A stretch of DNA of 39,001 nucleotides from Myxococcales bacterium (GCA_043747615.1 JAYTOU010000065.1:1-39001), one strand, 5' to 3'. Shown: positions 8,721-18,949, counted from the first letter of the stretch. Program-made: numbers and translations. The notes: generated from the letters alone by a model not told the origin.

Positions 8721-9110
8721 ATGCGGAAGGTTCTGGTAGTCGAAGACTCAGCGTCCATGCGGGCATTCGTGCGCGGCGCCATCGAAGATCCATCGTTCGC
8801 GCAGCCGCTCGGAGGGTTCGACGTAGCGGAGGCGACGAGTGGCTTCGATGCCATGCGGCTTCTGCCTCGCGGGCCGTATGACCTGATCATCACCGACATC
8901 AACATGGCCGACATCAACGGCCTCGAGCTCATTCATTTCATTCGGAAGTCCGAGCACCACCGGACGACGCCTCTCGTGATTATCTCCACGCAGGCCTCCG
9001 AGCGCGACGTCGACCGAGGGCTCGCTCTCGGGGCGAACGCGTACCTCGCCAAGCCCTTTTCGGTCGATCAGCTCCGGGAGACGTGCACACGTCTTTTGGA
9101 CGCGAGGTAG
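8721..9110 (+). CDS. cheY: CheY-like single-domain response regulator
   Basis: 'VLVVEDS', phospho-acceptor 'ITDINM', 'IIST', 'YLAKPF'; first gene of the che cluster. Confidence 0.85.
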   Translation: MRKVLVVEDSASMRAFVRGAIEDPSFAQPLGGFDVAEATSGFDAMRLLPRGPYDLIITDINMADINGLELIHFIRKSEHHRTTPLVIISTQASERDVDRGLALGANAYLAKPFSVDQLRETCTRLLDAR

Positions 9111-9116
9111 ACGTTC

Positions 9117-11417
9117 GTGGCCGAGGCGGGCGGCGGCGACAAAGCGCGGGAAGAATTTTTTTCCGAAGCGCAGGAAATCGTCGACGGTCTCGGGCGAGAT
9201 CTGCTTGGCCTCGATCTGAGCGTAAAAGCAGGGCGATCCGATCCTGAGCTCGTGAACGACGTGTTCCGCGGAGTGCACACCTTGAAGGGGCTCGCTGGGC
9301 TCTTCGGGGCTGCGCTGATGACCGGTCTGTCGCACGAGCTCGAAGAGGTGCTCGACGATCTTCGTCTCGGCCGCATCGACCTTACCTCCCAGGTTCTCGA
9401 TCTCCTCTTCCGCGCCGTCGAGCTCTACGGGCGCATTCTCGCCGCTGAGCGCGGTGACACTCCGGCGCCAGCCGCGGAGGTGAAGGCGCTCCTCCTCGCG
9501 CTCGGTCAGTCGTCCCAACATGGAGGCGGCGTGGGTGCGAGCCCCGTCGCTCAATACGAGCTCGATCCCGGACTCCTCGGCGTGCTGACCGAATACGAAG
9601 AGCATCGGCTGCGCACGAACATTCAGGCGGGCGTGTCTCTCTTCAGGGTGCGGGTGCAGTTCGCGCTCGCCACCATCGATTTAGCGCTCGACGATTTGAA
9701 GGCGAAGGCTCGCCCCCATGGGGAAATAATCACGTACCTCCCCACCGGCGCAGCGGGCGACCCCGACAGCATCGAGCTCGAAATTTTGATGGCGAGCCAC
9801 GAGACGCTGCAGACCCTGGCGAACGCCATGGTGGGGCCGAACATTGCCATCGAAGAAGTGCGGCGTCGCGTGGGATCGAAAACGGCCGCGCCCGCTCCTC
9901 CGGCGTCGAGCTCGTCGCGTGGGATCTCGTCGATTCCCGCGCCGCCTACGATGGCCAAGGATTTTCCACTTCCCGGGTGGGGAAAAAAAGAAGGCATCAC
10001 TGGCACCACCCGAGACCTGACCGAAGATCTCTTCGATGCGCCCATGGTCGGAGCTCATTCACCCGCAGTGCCTTCGCACGTCCCGGCGTCGCCGGCCCAC
10101 GACATGTCGCTTCGCTCCGTCAGTCAGACGGTGCGGGTGGACATTCGCAAGCTCGATCACCTGATGAACATCGTCGGTGAGCTCGCCATCGTCCGCACCG
10201 AGATTTCCCGGCTGGCGGAGCGGGTGCGCGGTGTCGGTTCGCCGCGCGAGCTCGAGGGCGAGCTTCATCGCTTGCACCGCAACTTCGAGCGCAACCTCGC
10301 GCAGATGCAGAATGGCATTCTCGAAGTGCGGATGGTCCCGCTCGGCCAGGCCTTCGACAAGCTCGCGCGCATCGTGCGGCAGATCTCACGCGAGCACGAC
10401 AAGCAGGTGAATCTGGTGGTGACGGGCGCGGAGACGGAGATCGACAAGCTCATCGTCGAAGAGCTGAGCGATCCACTGATGCACATGATCCGCAATGCGA
10501 TCGATCACGGTATCGAGCCGCGCGAAAATCGGATGCGCGTCGGCAAGCCGCCCGTCGGCACCATCGCCCTCAACGCCTTCCAGAAGGGCAACCACGTCCT
10601 CATCGCCGTGGAAGACGACGGCGCCGGGATGGACCGCGAAGTGCTCGTCGCCAGCGCCGTTCGCAGGGGGCTCCTAACGATGGATCAGGCCGCGGCGCTC
10701 TCCCCGCGCGAGGTGTTTGCGCTCGTGTTTTTGCCCGGTTTCACGACCAAGCTCGAAGCTACGGACATCTCCGGACGCGGCGTCGGGATGGACATCGTGA
10801 AGACCAACATTGGAAAGCTCGGAGGCACGATCGACATCTCGAGCGAGGTGGGCATCGGCACCAAGATGACCATCACCCTTCCCATCACGCTGGCCATCAT
10901 CAGCGTGCTGCTCGTGGAAGTTCGAGGGCGAAAGTTCGCGATGCCCCTTGCCAGTGTCGACGAGGCCATCGTTTTCGAGGAGAGAGAAGTGCGCACGGTG
11001 GACGGTCACGAAGTCATGACCCAGCGCGGCGCCACCTTGCCTCTGTGCCGTCTTTTCAGGCTCTTTGGTCTCGAAGGTTGGCAGGAGCCCGACGCGCACG
11101 GAAGCGCGATCGCCGGTGACGCCCAGTACGTAACCAAGGATCACACCAAGGAAAAAGGGTTCGTCGTCATCACGTCGAGCGGCGTGCGCAAGCTCGGCTT
11201 CGTGGTCGACAAATTGATCGGTCAGCAAGACATCGTCATGAAAGCGCTGGGCGCGTCGCTCAAAGGCGTGCGCGGATTTGCCGGAGCGACGGCGCTCGGC
11301 GATCAACGCGTAGCCCTTGTCCTCGACATCGGCTCGCTCATCGAAGAGGTGCTCGCCGGCGACAAAGAGCGCTTCCTCGCCGAAGGGAGGACTGCGGATG
11401 GCGGGGCTCGTGCGTAG
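9117..11417 (+). CDS. cheA: Chemotaxis histidine kinase CheA (no C-terminal receiver)
   Basis: Hpt 'FRGVHTLKG'; 'VRVDIRKLDHLMNIVGEL'; 'HMIRNAIDHGIE', 'DDGAG', 'SGRGVGMD'; C-terminal CheW-like P5. Confidence 0.97.
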   Translation: MAEAGGGDKAREEFFSEAQEIVDGLGRDLLGLDLSVKAGRSDPELVNDVFRGVHTLKGLAGLFGAALMTGLSHELEEVLDDLRLGRIDLTSQVLDLLFRAVELYGRILAAERGDTPAPAAEVKALLLALGQSSQHGGGVGASPVAQYELDPGLLGVLTEYEEHRLRTNIQAGVSLFRVRVQFALATIDLALDDLKAKARPHGEIITYLPTGAAGDPDSIELEILMASHETLQTLANAMVGPNIAIEEVRRRVGSKTAAPAPPASSSSRGISSIPAPPTMAKDFPLPGWGKKEGITGTTRDLTEDLFDAPMVGAHSPAVPSHVPASPAHDMSLRSVSQTVRVDIRKLDHLMNIVGELAIVRTEISRLAERVRGVGSPRELEGELHRLHRNFERNLAQMQNGILEVRMVPLGQAFDKLARIVRQISREHDKQVNLVVTGAETEIDKLIVEELSDPLMHMIRNAIDHGIEPRENRMRVGKPPVGTIALNAFQKGNHVLIAVEDDGAGMDREVLVASAVRRGLLTMDQAAALSPREVFALVFLPGFTTKLEATDISGRGVGMDIVKTNIGKLGGTIDISSEVGIGTKMTITLPITLAIISVLLVEVRGRKFAMPLASVDEAIVFEEREVRTVDGHEVMTQRGATLPLCRLFRLFGLEGWQEPDAHGSAIAGDAQYVTKDHTKEKGFVVITSSGVRKLGFVVDKLIGQQDIVMKALGASLKGVRGFAGATALGDQRVALVLDIGSLIEEVLAGDKERFLAEGRTADGGARA

Positions 11418-11895
11418 ACGCGCCGAGCAGCGGGCCGCGATGCGTCGCGCCGGCGAGCTCGGAAAGCGCACCGAGTACTTGGCGTTCTCCCTCGCCGGGG
11501 ACACCTATGGGGTCGAGATCCGCCTGATCGCCGAGATCCTTCGCCCGCCGCCGATCACCGAGGTGCCGCGCGCCCCTCGAAGCGTGATCGGTGTGGTCAG
11601 CGTGCGAGGCAAGCTCGTCACCCTGCTCGACATGCGAAAGCGCTTCAAGGTGAAGGAGTCGCCGATCAACAGACTTTCGCGCATCCTGCTGGTCGATCGC
11701 GGGCACGACGACTTGATCGGTCTACTCGTCGACGAAGTACTGCAGGTCTATCGCCTCGCGGATTCGGAGATCGAGCCAGCGAGCGTGCTCGGTGGTGAGC
11801 AGCCGCCTCATATCTTCGGAATCGGTCGTCCGTCAGGACCCGGCGCGGGCGCACTCTTGATCCTCCTCGATTTGCGGCCGATTTTGGAGAGCTGA
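11398..11895 (+). CDS. cheW: CheW coupling protein 1
   Basis: 'YLAFSL...ITEVPRAP...GVVSVRGK...LLD...GLLVDEV'; ATG 11398 overlaps the cheA end. Confidence 0.92.
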   Translation: MAGLVRRRAEQRAAMRRAGELGKRTEYLAFSLAGDTYGVEIRLIAEILRPPPITEVPRAPRSVIGVVSVRGKLVTLLDMRKRFKVKESPINRLSRILLVDRGHDDLIGLLVDEVLQVYRLADSEIEPASVLGGEQPPHIFGIGRPSGPGAGALLILLDLRPILES

Positions 11896-11897
11896 AC

Positions 11898-12398
11898 GTG
11901 CAGCACAAAGCCCAACGTCACGATCCACTGAAAAACCTCGTCGGATTCCTGGTCGGCGACGTGCACTACGCGCTGCCCATCGCCTGCGTGCGGGAGATCG
12001 CGAATCCGCTCGAAGTGGTCGAGCTCCCCCGGGCCGCCCCCTCTGTGGCTGGCGTCGCCGAGTACCGCGGAGACGTCGTTCCGGTGGTCGAGCTCCGGAC
12101 GCGCTTCGGTCTAGGCGAAGCGCCGAGCACCCGTCGAACGAAGTGGATCCTGATCGACGTGGGAGGGCGCGCGGTGGCCTTGGTGGTCGATGGCGTGACC
12201 GAGGTGTTCGGAACCGGAGGCGGCGATCTTCGCCCTCCTCCGACGCTTGGCGGCGGCGAGGACGTCCGCGGAATCTCCGGCGTCACTTCGCATGGCGGCA
12301 AGCTCGTCTTCGTTCTCGAGACCGCTCATTTCGGCGCGCTCACCGCGCCTCTCTTGGCCGCCGGATCGATCGGTCCGCGCGCAAGGATTCTCACGTGA
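11898..12398 (+). CDS. cheW: CheW coupling protein 2
   Basis: 'LVGFLVG...LPRAAP...GVAEYRGDVVPVVELR...ALVVDGVTEV'. Confidence 0.92.
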   Translation: MQHKAQRHDPLKNLVGFLVGDVHYALPIACVREIANPLEVVELPRAAPSVAGVAEYRGDVVPVVELRTRFGLGEAPSTRRTKWILIDVGGRAVALVVDGVTEVFGTGGGDLRPPPTLGGGEDVRGISGVTSHGGKLVFVLETAHFGALTAPLLAAGSIGPRARILT

Positions 12399-14479
12399 CG
12401 CATGCCCTCGCCATTTCGTCGCGCCTTCGAAGCACCGATCCGGAGACCCGCCGGCTCGCCGTGCAGGAGCTCGGAGAGGTACGCGGCGCAGAGGCCGTGT
12501 CTTTCCTCACGAGCGCGCTCGGCGACGAAGACTGGCGGGTGCGGAAAGAAGCAGCAAAAGTAGCTCCATTTCTCGACGATCGTGAGGCGGTGCTCGGTGC
12601 TCTCTACGTGTCGCTCGGTGACAGAGAGAACGTCGGACTGCGCAACGCCGTCGTGGAGGCGATGATCGTCATCGGTCCCGAGGCGATGCCGTTTGCGGTG
12701 AAAGCACTCAACACACTCGACGCGGACGGGCGAAAGCTCGCGGTGGAGGTCCTCGCAGGCGTGCCCGATCCTCTGGGCGTGACCGCGCTCATCTCGGCGC
12801 TCGAGGACTCCGATCCGAACGTGCGCTGCACGGCGGCCGAGGCCCTTGGGAAAGCAGGGCTCGTCGGTGAACGGGAGCGATCGCTCGCCACCGCGGCGCT
12901 CGTCGAGTGCCTAGCGTCAGGGGAAATCGTTCTCGTCCTCGCCGCGCTCGATGCTCTCGGGCGCCTCGATGCCAAGCTTCCATGGAGCGTGTTCGAGCCT
13001 TTTGCAGACGACGTGCTCTTGCGGCGCTACGCGGTGGTCGCCGCGGCCCGGTCACGCGAGGAGGCGGCGTTGCTCGCGCTCGTCAACGCCACCGGAGACG
13101 CATCGACCACCACGGCGCGGGAAGCGCTTCTGGCCCTCTCGGCCTGGCTCCTCTTCGAGCCTTTGGAAGGCAGTGTCCTCGCGCGGGCCAGGAAAAAAAT
13201 TCGTGAGTCCCCAGCGGCTTGCGCGTTCGTCCGCTCTCTCGCAAAGGATAGCGGTGAAGCACGCAGCGCGCATGGGGCGGCCCTGGTTGCCCTCGGTCTC
13301 ATTCAGGACGAAGAAGACATCCTCACCTTGGTGAGCGCGCTCGGTGACGAAGACTCGGCGGAGCATGCGTCAGCGGGGCTGGAGATCTTCGGGGCCGCGG
13401 CAACGCTTCCTCTGTCGAGGCTCCTCGCCGACGCACCGCAGCACACGCGCGCAGTGATCCTCTCGCTTCTTCCGCGTCTCGATTCCAGGCCGGACGCGGC
13501 GCTCCGCGGAACGCTTCGAGATGGGACGAACGACTCGGCGACCGAGGTTGCGGTCGCATCGCTCAAGGGGCTCGCCGTTGCAGGCGACGAGAGCGATCTC
13601 GGACGGATCGTGCCACTCACCAATAGCGTCGACGATCGCGCGGCGCTTGCCGCAGCCCACGCCCTGCACGTTCTCGCTGCCCGTTTTCCGCTCGCGGCAC
13701 GTCAGCTCCTCGCGGCCCTCGACCCTGCGGGTGAGCACGCCGTCGCCGGCTGCGCGATCGTGGGCGCGCTTCACGATGCGCCCGACGGGATGGCGCCGGA
13801 CCTTGGATTTCTCGAGCGAACGCTGAGCCACGGAGAGGCGCGCGCACGCCGCGTCGCGGTAGAGTCCCTTGCCCTCGGCGGTCGGAGAGGCGCCTCGGCG
13901 GAGCGCGCCCGGGGCCTGGTGGCCTTCGCACTTGCCGACGAGGAATACGACGTTCGTATCGCCGCCGTGCGTGCGCTCGGGCACCTTGGTCACGCCGAGC
14001 CGCTGGTGGCGCTCCTCCAGACCTCGACCGATCACGAGATGATCCAGATGGCGCTCCGTGCGCTCGCCGAGGCCGATCCCGCACGTGCCTTCGAGGCTGC
14101 CCGACCACTCCTGCGCAGCGGAGACGTGGCGTTCGCGTGCGCCGCGGTCGAGGCCATCGGCCACTCCACCGATTCACGCCGTGAGGACGCGCTCTTCGAG
14201 GCGCTCGATCATGCAGTGGCCGAAGTGGTGACGCTGGCCTTGACCGAGCTCGCACGAGACGTGGGTCCTCGATCGCTCGCGCGCATCGGGCTCTGTCTGG
14301 ATCATGAGAAGTGGGAGGTGCGCCGTCTCGCTTCGGAAATTCTTGGTCGTCAGGGTAAGAGCGCCGCCGGTCAGGCTTTCCTTCGCGCGCGTCTCGATCG
14401 CGAGAAGGAACAGGTAGTGCGAGATGCGCTGAGCGTGGCTCTTTCGCTCCGGCCGCCGCCAACGACGGAGGGGACGTAG
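12395..14479 (+). CDS. HEAT-repeat (PBS-lyase-like) protein
   Basis: GTGA overlap with the cheW2 stop; repeated 'LGDEDWRVRKEAA', 'LEDSDPNVRCTAAEALG', 'LADEEYDVRIAAVRALG', 'LDHEKWEVRRLA'. Confidence 0.9.
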   Translation: MTHALAISSRLRSTDPETRRLAVQELGEVRGAEAVSFLTSALGDEDWRVRKEAAKVAPFLDDREAVLGALYVSLGDRENVGLRNAVVEAMIVIGPEAMPFAVKALNTLDADGRKLAVEVLAGVPDPLGVTALISALEDSDPNVRCTAAEALGKAGLVGERERSLATAALVECLASGEIVLVLAALDALGRLDAKLPWSVFEPFADDVLLRRYAVVAAARSREEAALLALVNATGDASTTTAREALLALSAWLLFEPLEGSVLARARKKIRESPAACAFVRSLAKDSGEARSAHGAALVALGLIQDEEDILTLVSALGDEDSAEHASAGLEIFGAAATLPLSRLLADAPQHTRAVILSLLPRLDSRPDAALRGTLRDGTNDSATEVAVASLKGLAVAGDESDLGRIVPLTNSVDDRAALAAAHALHVLAARFPLAARQLLAALDPAGEHAVAGCAIVGALHDAPDGMAPDLGFLERTLSHGEARARRVAVESLALGGRRGASAERARGLVAFALADEEYDVRIAAVRALGHLGHAEPLVALLQTSTDHEMIQMALRALAEADPARAFEAARPLLRSGDVAFACAAVEAIGHSTDSRREDALFEALDHAVAEVVTLALTELARDVGPRSLARIGLCLDHEKWEVRRLASEILGRQGKSAAGQAFLRARLDREKEQVVRDALSVALSLRPPPTTEGT

Positions 14480-14482
14480 TTG

Positions 14483-15370
14483 ATGCGTTTCGGTTTTGGC
14501 GGCGACGCCCCGGCGATGAAGCCCGAAGAATTTCGGCTGCTGAGGGATCTGTTCAACGCGAAAATCGGCCTCAGCTACGGCCCCGAATCGATGCTCACGC
14601 TCGGCCGGCGGCTTCGGGAACGCCTCGCCGTTTTGAAGCTCGCGACCTTCTCCGAGTACTACCAGCACCTGCGCTTCCATCCGCTCGCCCACGCCGAGTG
14701 GGACGAGGCGGTCGAGCTTCTCACGACCAACGAGACGTACTTCTGCCGCGAAGAGTTTCAGCTACGAGCGTTTCGGGACGAGCTCTTGCCGATGCTTGCC
14801 GAGACGAATCGGACGAAGCGGCGGCTGGCCGTGTGGAGCGCCGGTTGCTCGACGGGCGAAGAGGCGTACACCATCGCGATCCTTCTTCATGCCTCCGGCC
14901 TCTTCGAGGGGTGGGACGTGCGGGTGCTCGGCTCAGACATTTCGAAGCGCTGTGTCACCGCTGCGCGCAGAGGAATTTACCGCGACGCGGCCTTCCGTTC
15001 GATGCCCGCCGAGACGAGGCTCACCTATTTCAGGGAGCGGCCGGAGGGTGCGCACGTCGTCGACCCTATTCGCGACCTTTGCCACTTTGCGCAGCTCAAC
15101 CTCCTCGATGAGGAGAAGCCGCGGCTGCTCGGGCGTGTTGACGTCATCTTCTGCCGCAACGTTTTTATTTACTTCGACTCTCATGCTCGGCGCCGGGTGA
15201 TCGATCGTTTTCACGAACGTCTGCACCCAGGCGGGATCCTGCTTCTCGGCCATTCGGAGTCACTTCTCAACGTGTCGACGGCTTTCGAGCTCCTGCATTT
15301 GAAGGAGGATCTCGTGTATCGAAAGCCCGGCGCGCGTTTTCACGATCCGCTCGGAGGCACAAGGTCGTAG
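14483..15370 (+). CDS. cheR: Protein-glutamate methyltransferase CheR
   Basis: 'TTNETYF', 'WSAGCSTGEEAY', 'GSDIS', 'IFCRNVFIYF', 'LGHSE'. Confidence 0.97.
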   Translation: MRFGFGGDAPAMKPEEFRLLRDLFNAKIGLSYGPESMLTLGRRLRERLAVLKLATFSEYYQHLRFHPLAHAEWDEAVELLTTNETYFCREEFQLRAFRDELLPMLAETNRTKRRLAVWSAGCSTGEEAYTIAILLHASGLFEGWDVRVLGSDISKRCVTAARRGIYRDAAFRSMPAETRLTYFRERPEGAHVVDPIRDLCHFAQLNLLDEEKPRLLGRVDVIFCRNVFIYFDSHARRRVIDRFHERLHPGGILLLGHSESLLNVSTAFELLHLKEDLVYRKPGARFHDPLGGTRS

Positions 15371-15382
15371 GATCGAGCCGAG

Positions 15383-16462
15383 TTGACGACGCCCGTTTCC
15401 GCCCCCATTCGCGTCTTGGTCGTAGACGACTCGGCCTACAACCGCCGCAACATCGCGGACATTTTCGAGTCTTATCCCGAAGTGCAGGTGGTGGGGAAAG
15501 CGGCCGACGGCGAAGAAGCGCTCCGCCTCGCGGCCTTGCTGAAACCAGACGTCATCACCCTCGACCTCGAGATGCCTCGCATGGATGGCTTCACCTTCCT
15601 GCGAATTCTCATGTCGAAACAGCCGACACCGGTCATCGTCGTCTCCAGCTATTCGCAAAAAGAAAACGTCTTCAAAGCGCTGGAGCTCGGCGCCCTCGAT
15701 TTCGTGACCAAGCCCGATCGGCAGATTTCGCCGGACGCGACAGAGCTTCGAGATCAGATTCTCTCCAAGGTGCTCCTCGTGCGCTCCCTCCGTCCGGGGA
15801 TCACCGCGCCCGCTCCGAGGCGACAAGCGACCGGTCAATGGAGCCCCGACGGCAAGCAGCCTGATTCTTCGCGCGGCGCATCCCCCCTCGTCGCCCCGCG
15901 CTACGTGGTGGCGATCGGAAGCTCGACTGGAGGCCCGAGCGCGCTTCTCGAAATATTCGCGAAGCTACCGCCGACGTCTCCCTTGGGCATTCTGGTCGCC
16001 CAACACATGCCGGACAAGTTCACCCGCACGTTCGCCGAGCGCCTCGACAAGCGCGGTCCGGTCCGCACTTCCGAAGCCCAGGACGGCGATCGCCTCCACG
16101 CGCTGACTGCGTTCGTGTGCCCCGGTCGGCAGTGCATGGAGATCATCCACAAGGACGGTCAGCTCCGCACGAAGGTCGGGCCCGCGACGCCCGAAGACAA
16201 ATACGTTCCCAGCGCGAATCGCCTCCTCAAGAGCGCAGCCTCCGCAGCCGGCCCCCGCGCCATCGGCGTCATCCTCACCGGGATGGGTGACGACGGCGTC
16301 GAAGGTGCTCGCGCCATCCGCGACGCCGGCGGATCCGTGATCGTCGAGTCGCAGGAAACGGCTGTGGTGTACGGAATGCCCGGAGCCGCCGTCCGCGCCG
16401 GCGTGGTCTCCAAGATCCTCCCGCTCCCCGCGATCGCGGAGTACCTCGCACAGCTCACGTGA
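15383..16462 (+). CDS. cheB: Response regulator/methylesterase CheB
   Basis: Receiver 'TLDLEMPRMDG'; catalytic motifs 'GSSTGGP', 'QHMP', 'LTGMGDDG', 'VVYGMP'. Confidence 0.97.
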   Translation: MTTPVSAPIRVLVVDDSAYNRRNIADIFESYPEVQVVGKAADGEEALRLAALLKPDVITLDLEMPRMDGFTFLRILMSKQPTPVIVVSSYSQKENVFKALELGALDFVTKPDRQISPDATELRDQILSKVLLVRSLRPGITAPAPRRQATGQWSPDGKQPDSSRGASPLVAPRYVVAIGSSTGGPSALLEIFAKLPPTSPLGILVAQHMPDKFTRTFAERLDKRGPVRTSEAQDGDRLHALTAFVCPGRQCMEIIHKDGQLRTKVGPATPEDKYVPSANRLLKSAASAAGPRAIGVILTGMGDDGVEGARAIRDAGGSVIVESQETAVVYGMPGAAVRAGVVSKILPLPAIAEYLAQLT

Positions 16463-16522
16463 CCGTACGTCATGTGATCACGCGAGCCAGCCTTCCGAAG
16501 GTCGGCTAGGCTGTCCGTCCAC

Positions 16523-17905
16523 ATGACGTCGCCCACGGATCGTTCGCTCGAAGATTTGCTGACCCTCGCCGATCGGATCGTCGCCACGGCGACGAAGGGC
16601 GGCGCCACGGTTGCAGAATGCATCATGCGTTCGGGGGCAGAGCTCTCGGCAAAGGTTCGCCTCGGTGAGCCCGAGCTCGTAGAGGAAGCGGGACATCGCT
16701 CCGCTGGCCTGAGGGTGATGAAGGGCAAGCAGGTGGCGACGACGTCCACCAGCGATCTCTCCGATGGGGGCATCGATCGCTTCATCAAGGACGCCCTCGA
16801 GCTCGTCGAGCTGTCGCAGGAAGATCCGTTCGCGGGACCTGCAGATTCCAAGCTGATTTGTGATCCGAAGACGGCGCCCGATCTCGAGCTGTACGACTCC
16901 GCCGGTGGAGACGTGAACGCCGCCCAGGCCATCGAAATCGCCAAGCGCGGTGAGGCTGCCGCACGCGCCTTCGACCCGCGGATCTCGAACAGCGAAGGAG
17001 GCACGTTCGGTCGCACCGCGGGCGGCATGGCCATTTCGCTCTCGAGCGGATTCCGTGCAACCTACAAGGGTTCGTACAGCTCGCTCAGCGTCGTTCCGGT
17101 TGCGGAAGAGCCCGGCGGCAAGAAGCGACGCGGCTACCACTGGACTGCGAAGCGTCACCTCGCCGAGCTCGACGACGCCGAGGAGGTCGGCCGCGAGGCC
17201 GCAAGACGAACGCTCCGCAAGCTCGGAGCGCGCACCGTGACCACCGGCGAGTTTCCGGTGGTCTTCGATCAAGACGCAGCGCGATCGATCCTCGGTCTGA
17301 TGGCCGGGTGCGCCATGGGCAGCTCGATCTGGCGCAAATCAAGCTATTTGGTGGGCAGAGAAGGGACCAAGGTCGCGAGCGATCTCGTAACCATCGTGGA
17401 CGATCCGCTCATTCCCCGCGCACCCGGCTCGCGGCCCTTCGACGGCGAAGGATTGGCTAGCCGGAAGAATGTCCTCGTCGAAAAGGGCATCCTGAAGATG
17501 TACCTCTGCGACAGTTACTCGGCGCGCAAGCTCTCGCGGGAGAGTACGGCGAGCGCCTCGCGCGGATCGTCCGCCGGCGTCGGCCCGAGCACCACCAACT
17601 TCATTCTCCAACCGGGCCCCGATTCGCACGACGCGATCGTCAAGGGGACGAAGCGCGGGCTCTACGTGACGGAAATGATGGGCTTTGGCTTCAACGCCGT
17701 GACCGGCGATTTCTCGCGCGGCGCAAGCGGGTTCTGGATCGAAAACGGCGAGCTCGCGTTCCCGGTGAGCGAGGTGACCATCTCCCTCAACGTGGACGAC
17801 ATCTGGCAGCGCCTGGACGCGGTCGGCTCGGATCTCGATCTACGCACATCAACTGCGTCGCCCACGATCCGCGTCGGCAAGATGACCGTCGCCGGCGGCG
17901 AATGA
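16523..17905 (+). CDS. pmbA: PmbA/TldE family protein
   Basis: 'GSRPFDGEG', 'NAVTGDFSRGASGFWIENG...PVSEVTI'; no HExxxH, as expected for the non-catalytic subunit. Confidence 0.9.
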   Translation: MTSPTDRSLEDLLTLADRIVATATKGGATVAECIMRSGAELSAKVRLGEPELVEEAGHRSAGLRVMKGKQVATTSTSDLSDGGIDRFIKDALELVELSQEDPFAGPADSKLICDPKTAPDLELYDSAGGDVNAAQAIEIAKRGEAAARAFDPRISNSEGGTFGRTAGGMAISLSSGFRATYKGSYSSLSVVPVAEEPGGKKRRGYHWTAKRHLAELDDAEEVGREAARRTLRKLGARTVTTGEFPVVFDQDAARSILGLMAGCAMGSSIWRKSSYLVGREGTKVASDLVTIVDDPLIPRAPGSRPFDGEGLASRKNVLVEKGILKMYLCDSYSARKLSRESTASASRGSSAGVGPSTTNFILQPGPDSHDAIVKGTKRGLYVTEMMGFGFNAVTGDFSRGASGFWIENGELAFPVSEVTISLNVDDIWQRLDAVGSDLDLRTSTASPTIRVGKMTVAGGE

Positions 17906-17920
17906 AGCGCTAAGAAGCGC

Positions 17921-18949
17921 TCAGGGATGCAGGACGGTGCACGGCGTCTCGAGAGCGCCTAGTCGGGCGAGGCCGCTCGCGCCGTCGTCGCACCAAACGA
18001 CCGCCAATCCGTTCGACGGTGTGCTCACGACGAATCCCGTGTGAACCGAGGAGGCCATCATCCCGAGCGACTTCGCGCTGCTGGCCCACGCTACTGCGGT
18101 GCTCTCGGCGAGCTTCTCCAAGCGAACCGACCCCGAGGTGATCACCGCTCCCGTGTCGTAACCGAGCGCGTCGATGATCGGCGCGACGCCGCTGGGTGCG
18201 GACGTCTTGCGGGGTTGGACGAGGCTGGAGAGGCCGGTGATCACCGCGCCGTCGAGCACGCTGACGGCGAACGGCCCGGACGCCGCAGTCGACGTGGTTC
18301 CGAGCGCCGCATGAATGATGCGCGTGCGTGCACCCGATGGGTTGGTGGTGGTGTCGTCCACGAAGGGAACGAGGGCAAGCTCACCGATGGCGCCCGCGTC
18401 GGCTTCGGCCAGCCCCATCAGGGCGATGGTGACGTGTTTTCCCGGGTCGAGCGTCACCCGGGAGCGCGCGCGAGGAGTGCTGCACGATGCGTCGCTTGCG
18501 TTCACGACCGCGATCTCGACGGACGCCGCGTTGGGTGCGGTGAAGTAGTTGGTGACCCGGCGAAAAGAGATCCCCCTTAGGATGCTCGATGCGTCGGGGG
18601 TGCCCGCGTCGTTCGCGGGATCGGCGACCGGACCGGCATCCGGCGGCGGACTGAGAACGGCGAGAAGGGGCCCGGTGAAAGCTTCCGACGTGGACACGCG
18701 GTAGCAGACGTCGATCGTCCCGAGGTCGGGAGCGAGATGGGCTACGCGGAAGGTGGCCGCTGGCGCGTTTCCGTCTCCCGCTTCGTTCGCGCTCGCTGCG
18801 TCGGAGGCGCCGAGGTTCGTGCTGCCGTCGAAGGGCGGAGTGGGCACGGCCGGATGGTCCGCCTCCGAGCACGCCGTGAGCGCTGGGGGGAGGAGGAGCG
18901 AGGCGAGGACCCCCACCATCAGCGGGATCGTTCCACGTAAGCTATTCAT
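17921..18949 (-). CDS. Lipoprotein with DUF4397-like domain
   Basis: Lipobox LTAC after a hydrophobic stretch; 'FRVAHLAPDLGTIDVC' and 'RTRIIHAA' motifs. Confidence 0.7.
   Translation of the reverse strand: MNSLRGTIPLMVGVLASLLLPPALTACSEADHPAVPTPPFDGSTNLGASDAASANEAGDGNAPAATFRVAHLAPDLGTIDVCYRVSTSEAFTGPLLAVLSPPPDAGPVADPANDAGTPDASSILRGISFRRVTNYFTAPNAASVEIAVVNASDASCSTPRARSRVTLDPGKHVTIALMGLAEADAGAIGELALVPFVDDTTTNPSGARTRIIHAALGTTSTAASGPFAVSVLDGAVITGLSSLVQPRKTSAPSGVAPIIDALGYDTGAVITSGSVRLEKLAESTAVAWASSAKSLGMMASSVHTGFVVSTPSNGLAVVWCDDGASGLARLGALETPCTVLHP

Noticed and set aside
12143..12394. N-terminal extension of the HEAT protein
   Set aside because: Overlaps cheW2 out of frame; the GTGA-coupled start at 12395 is more plausible.
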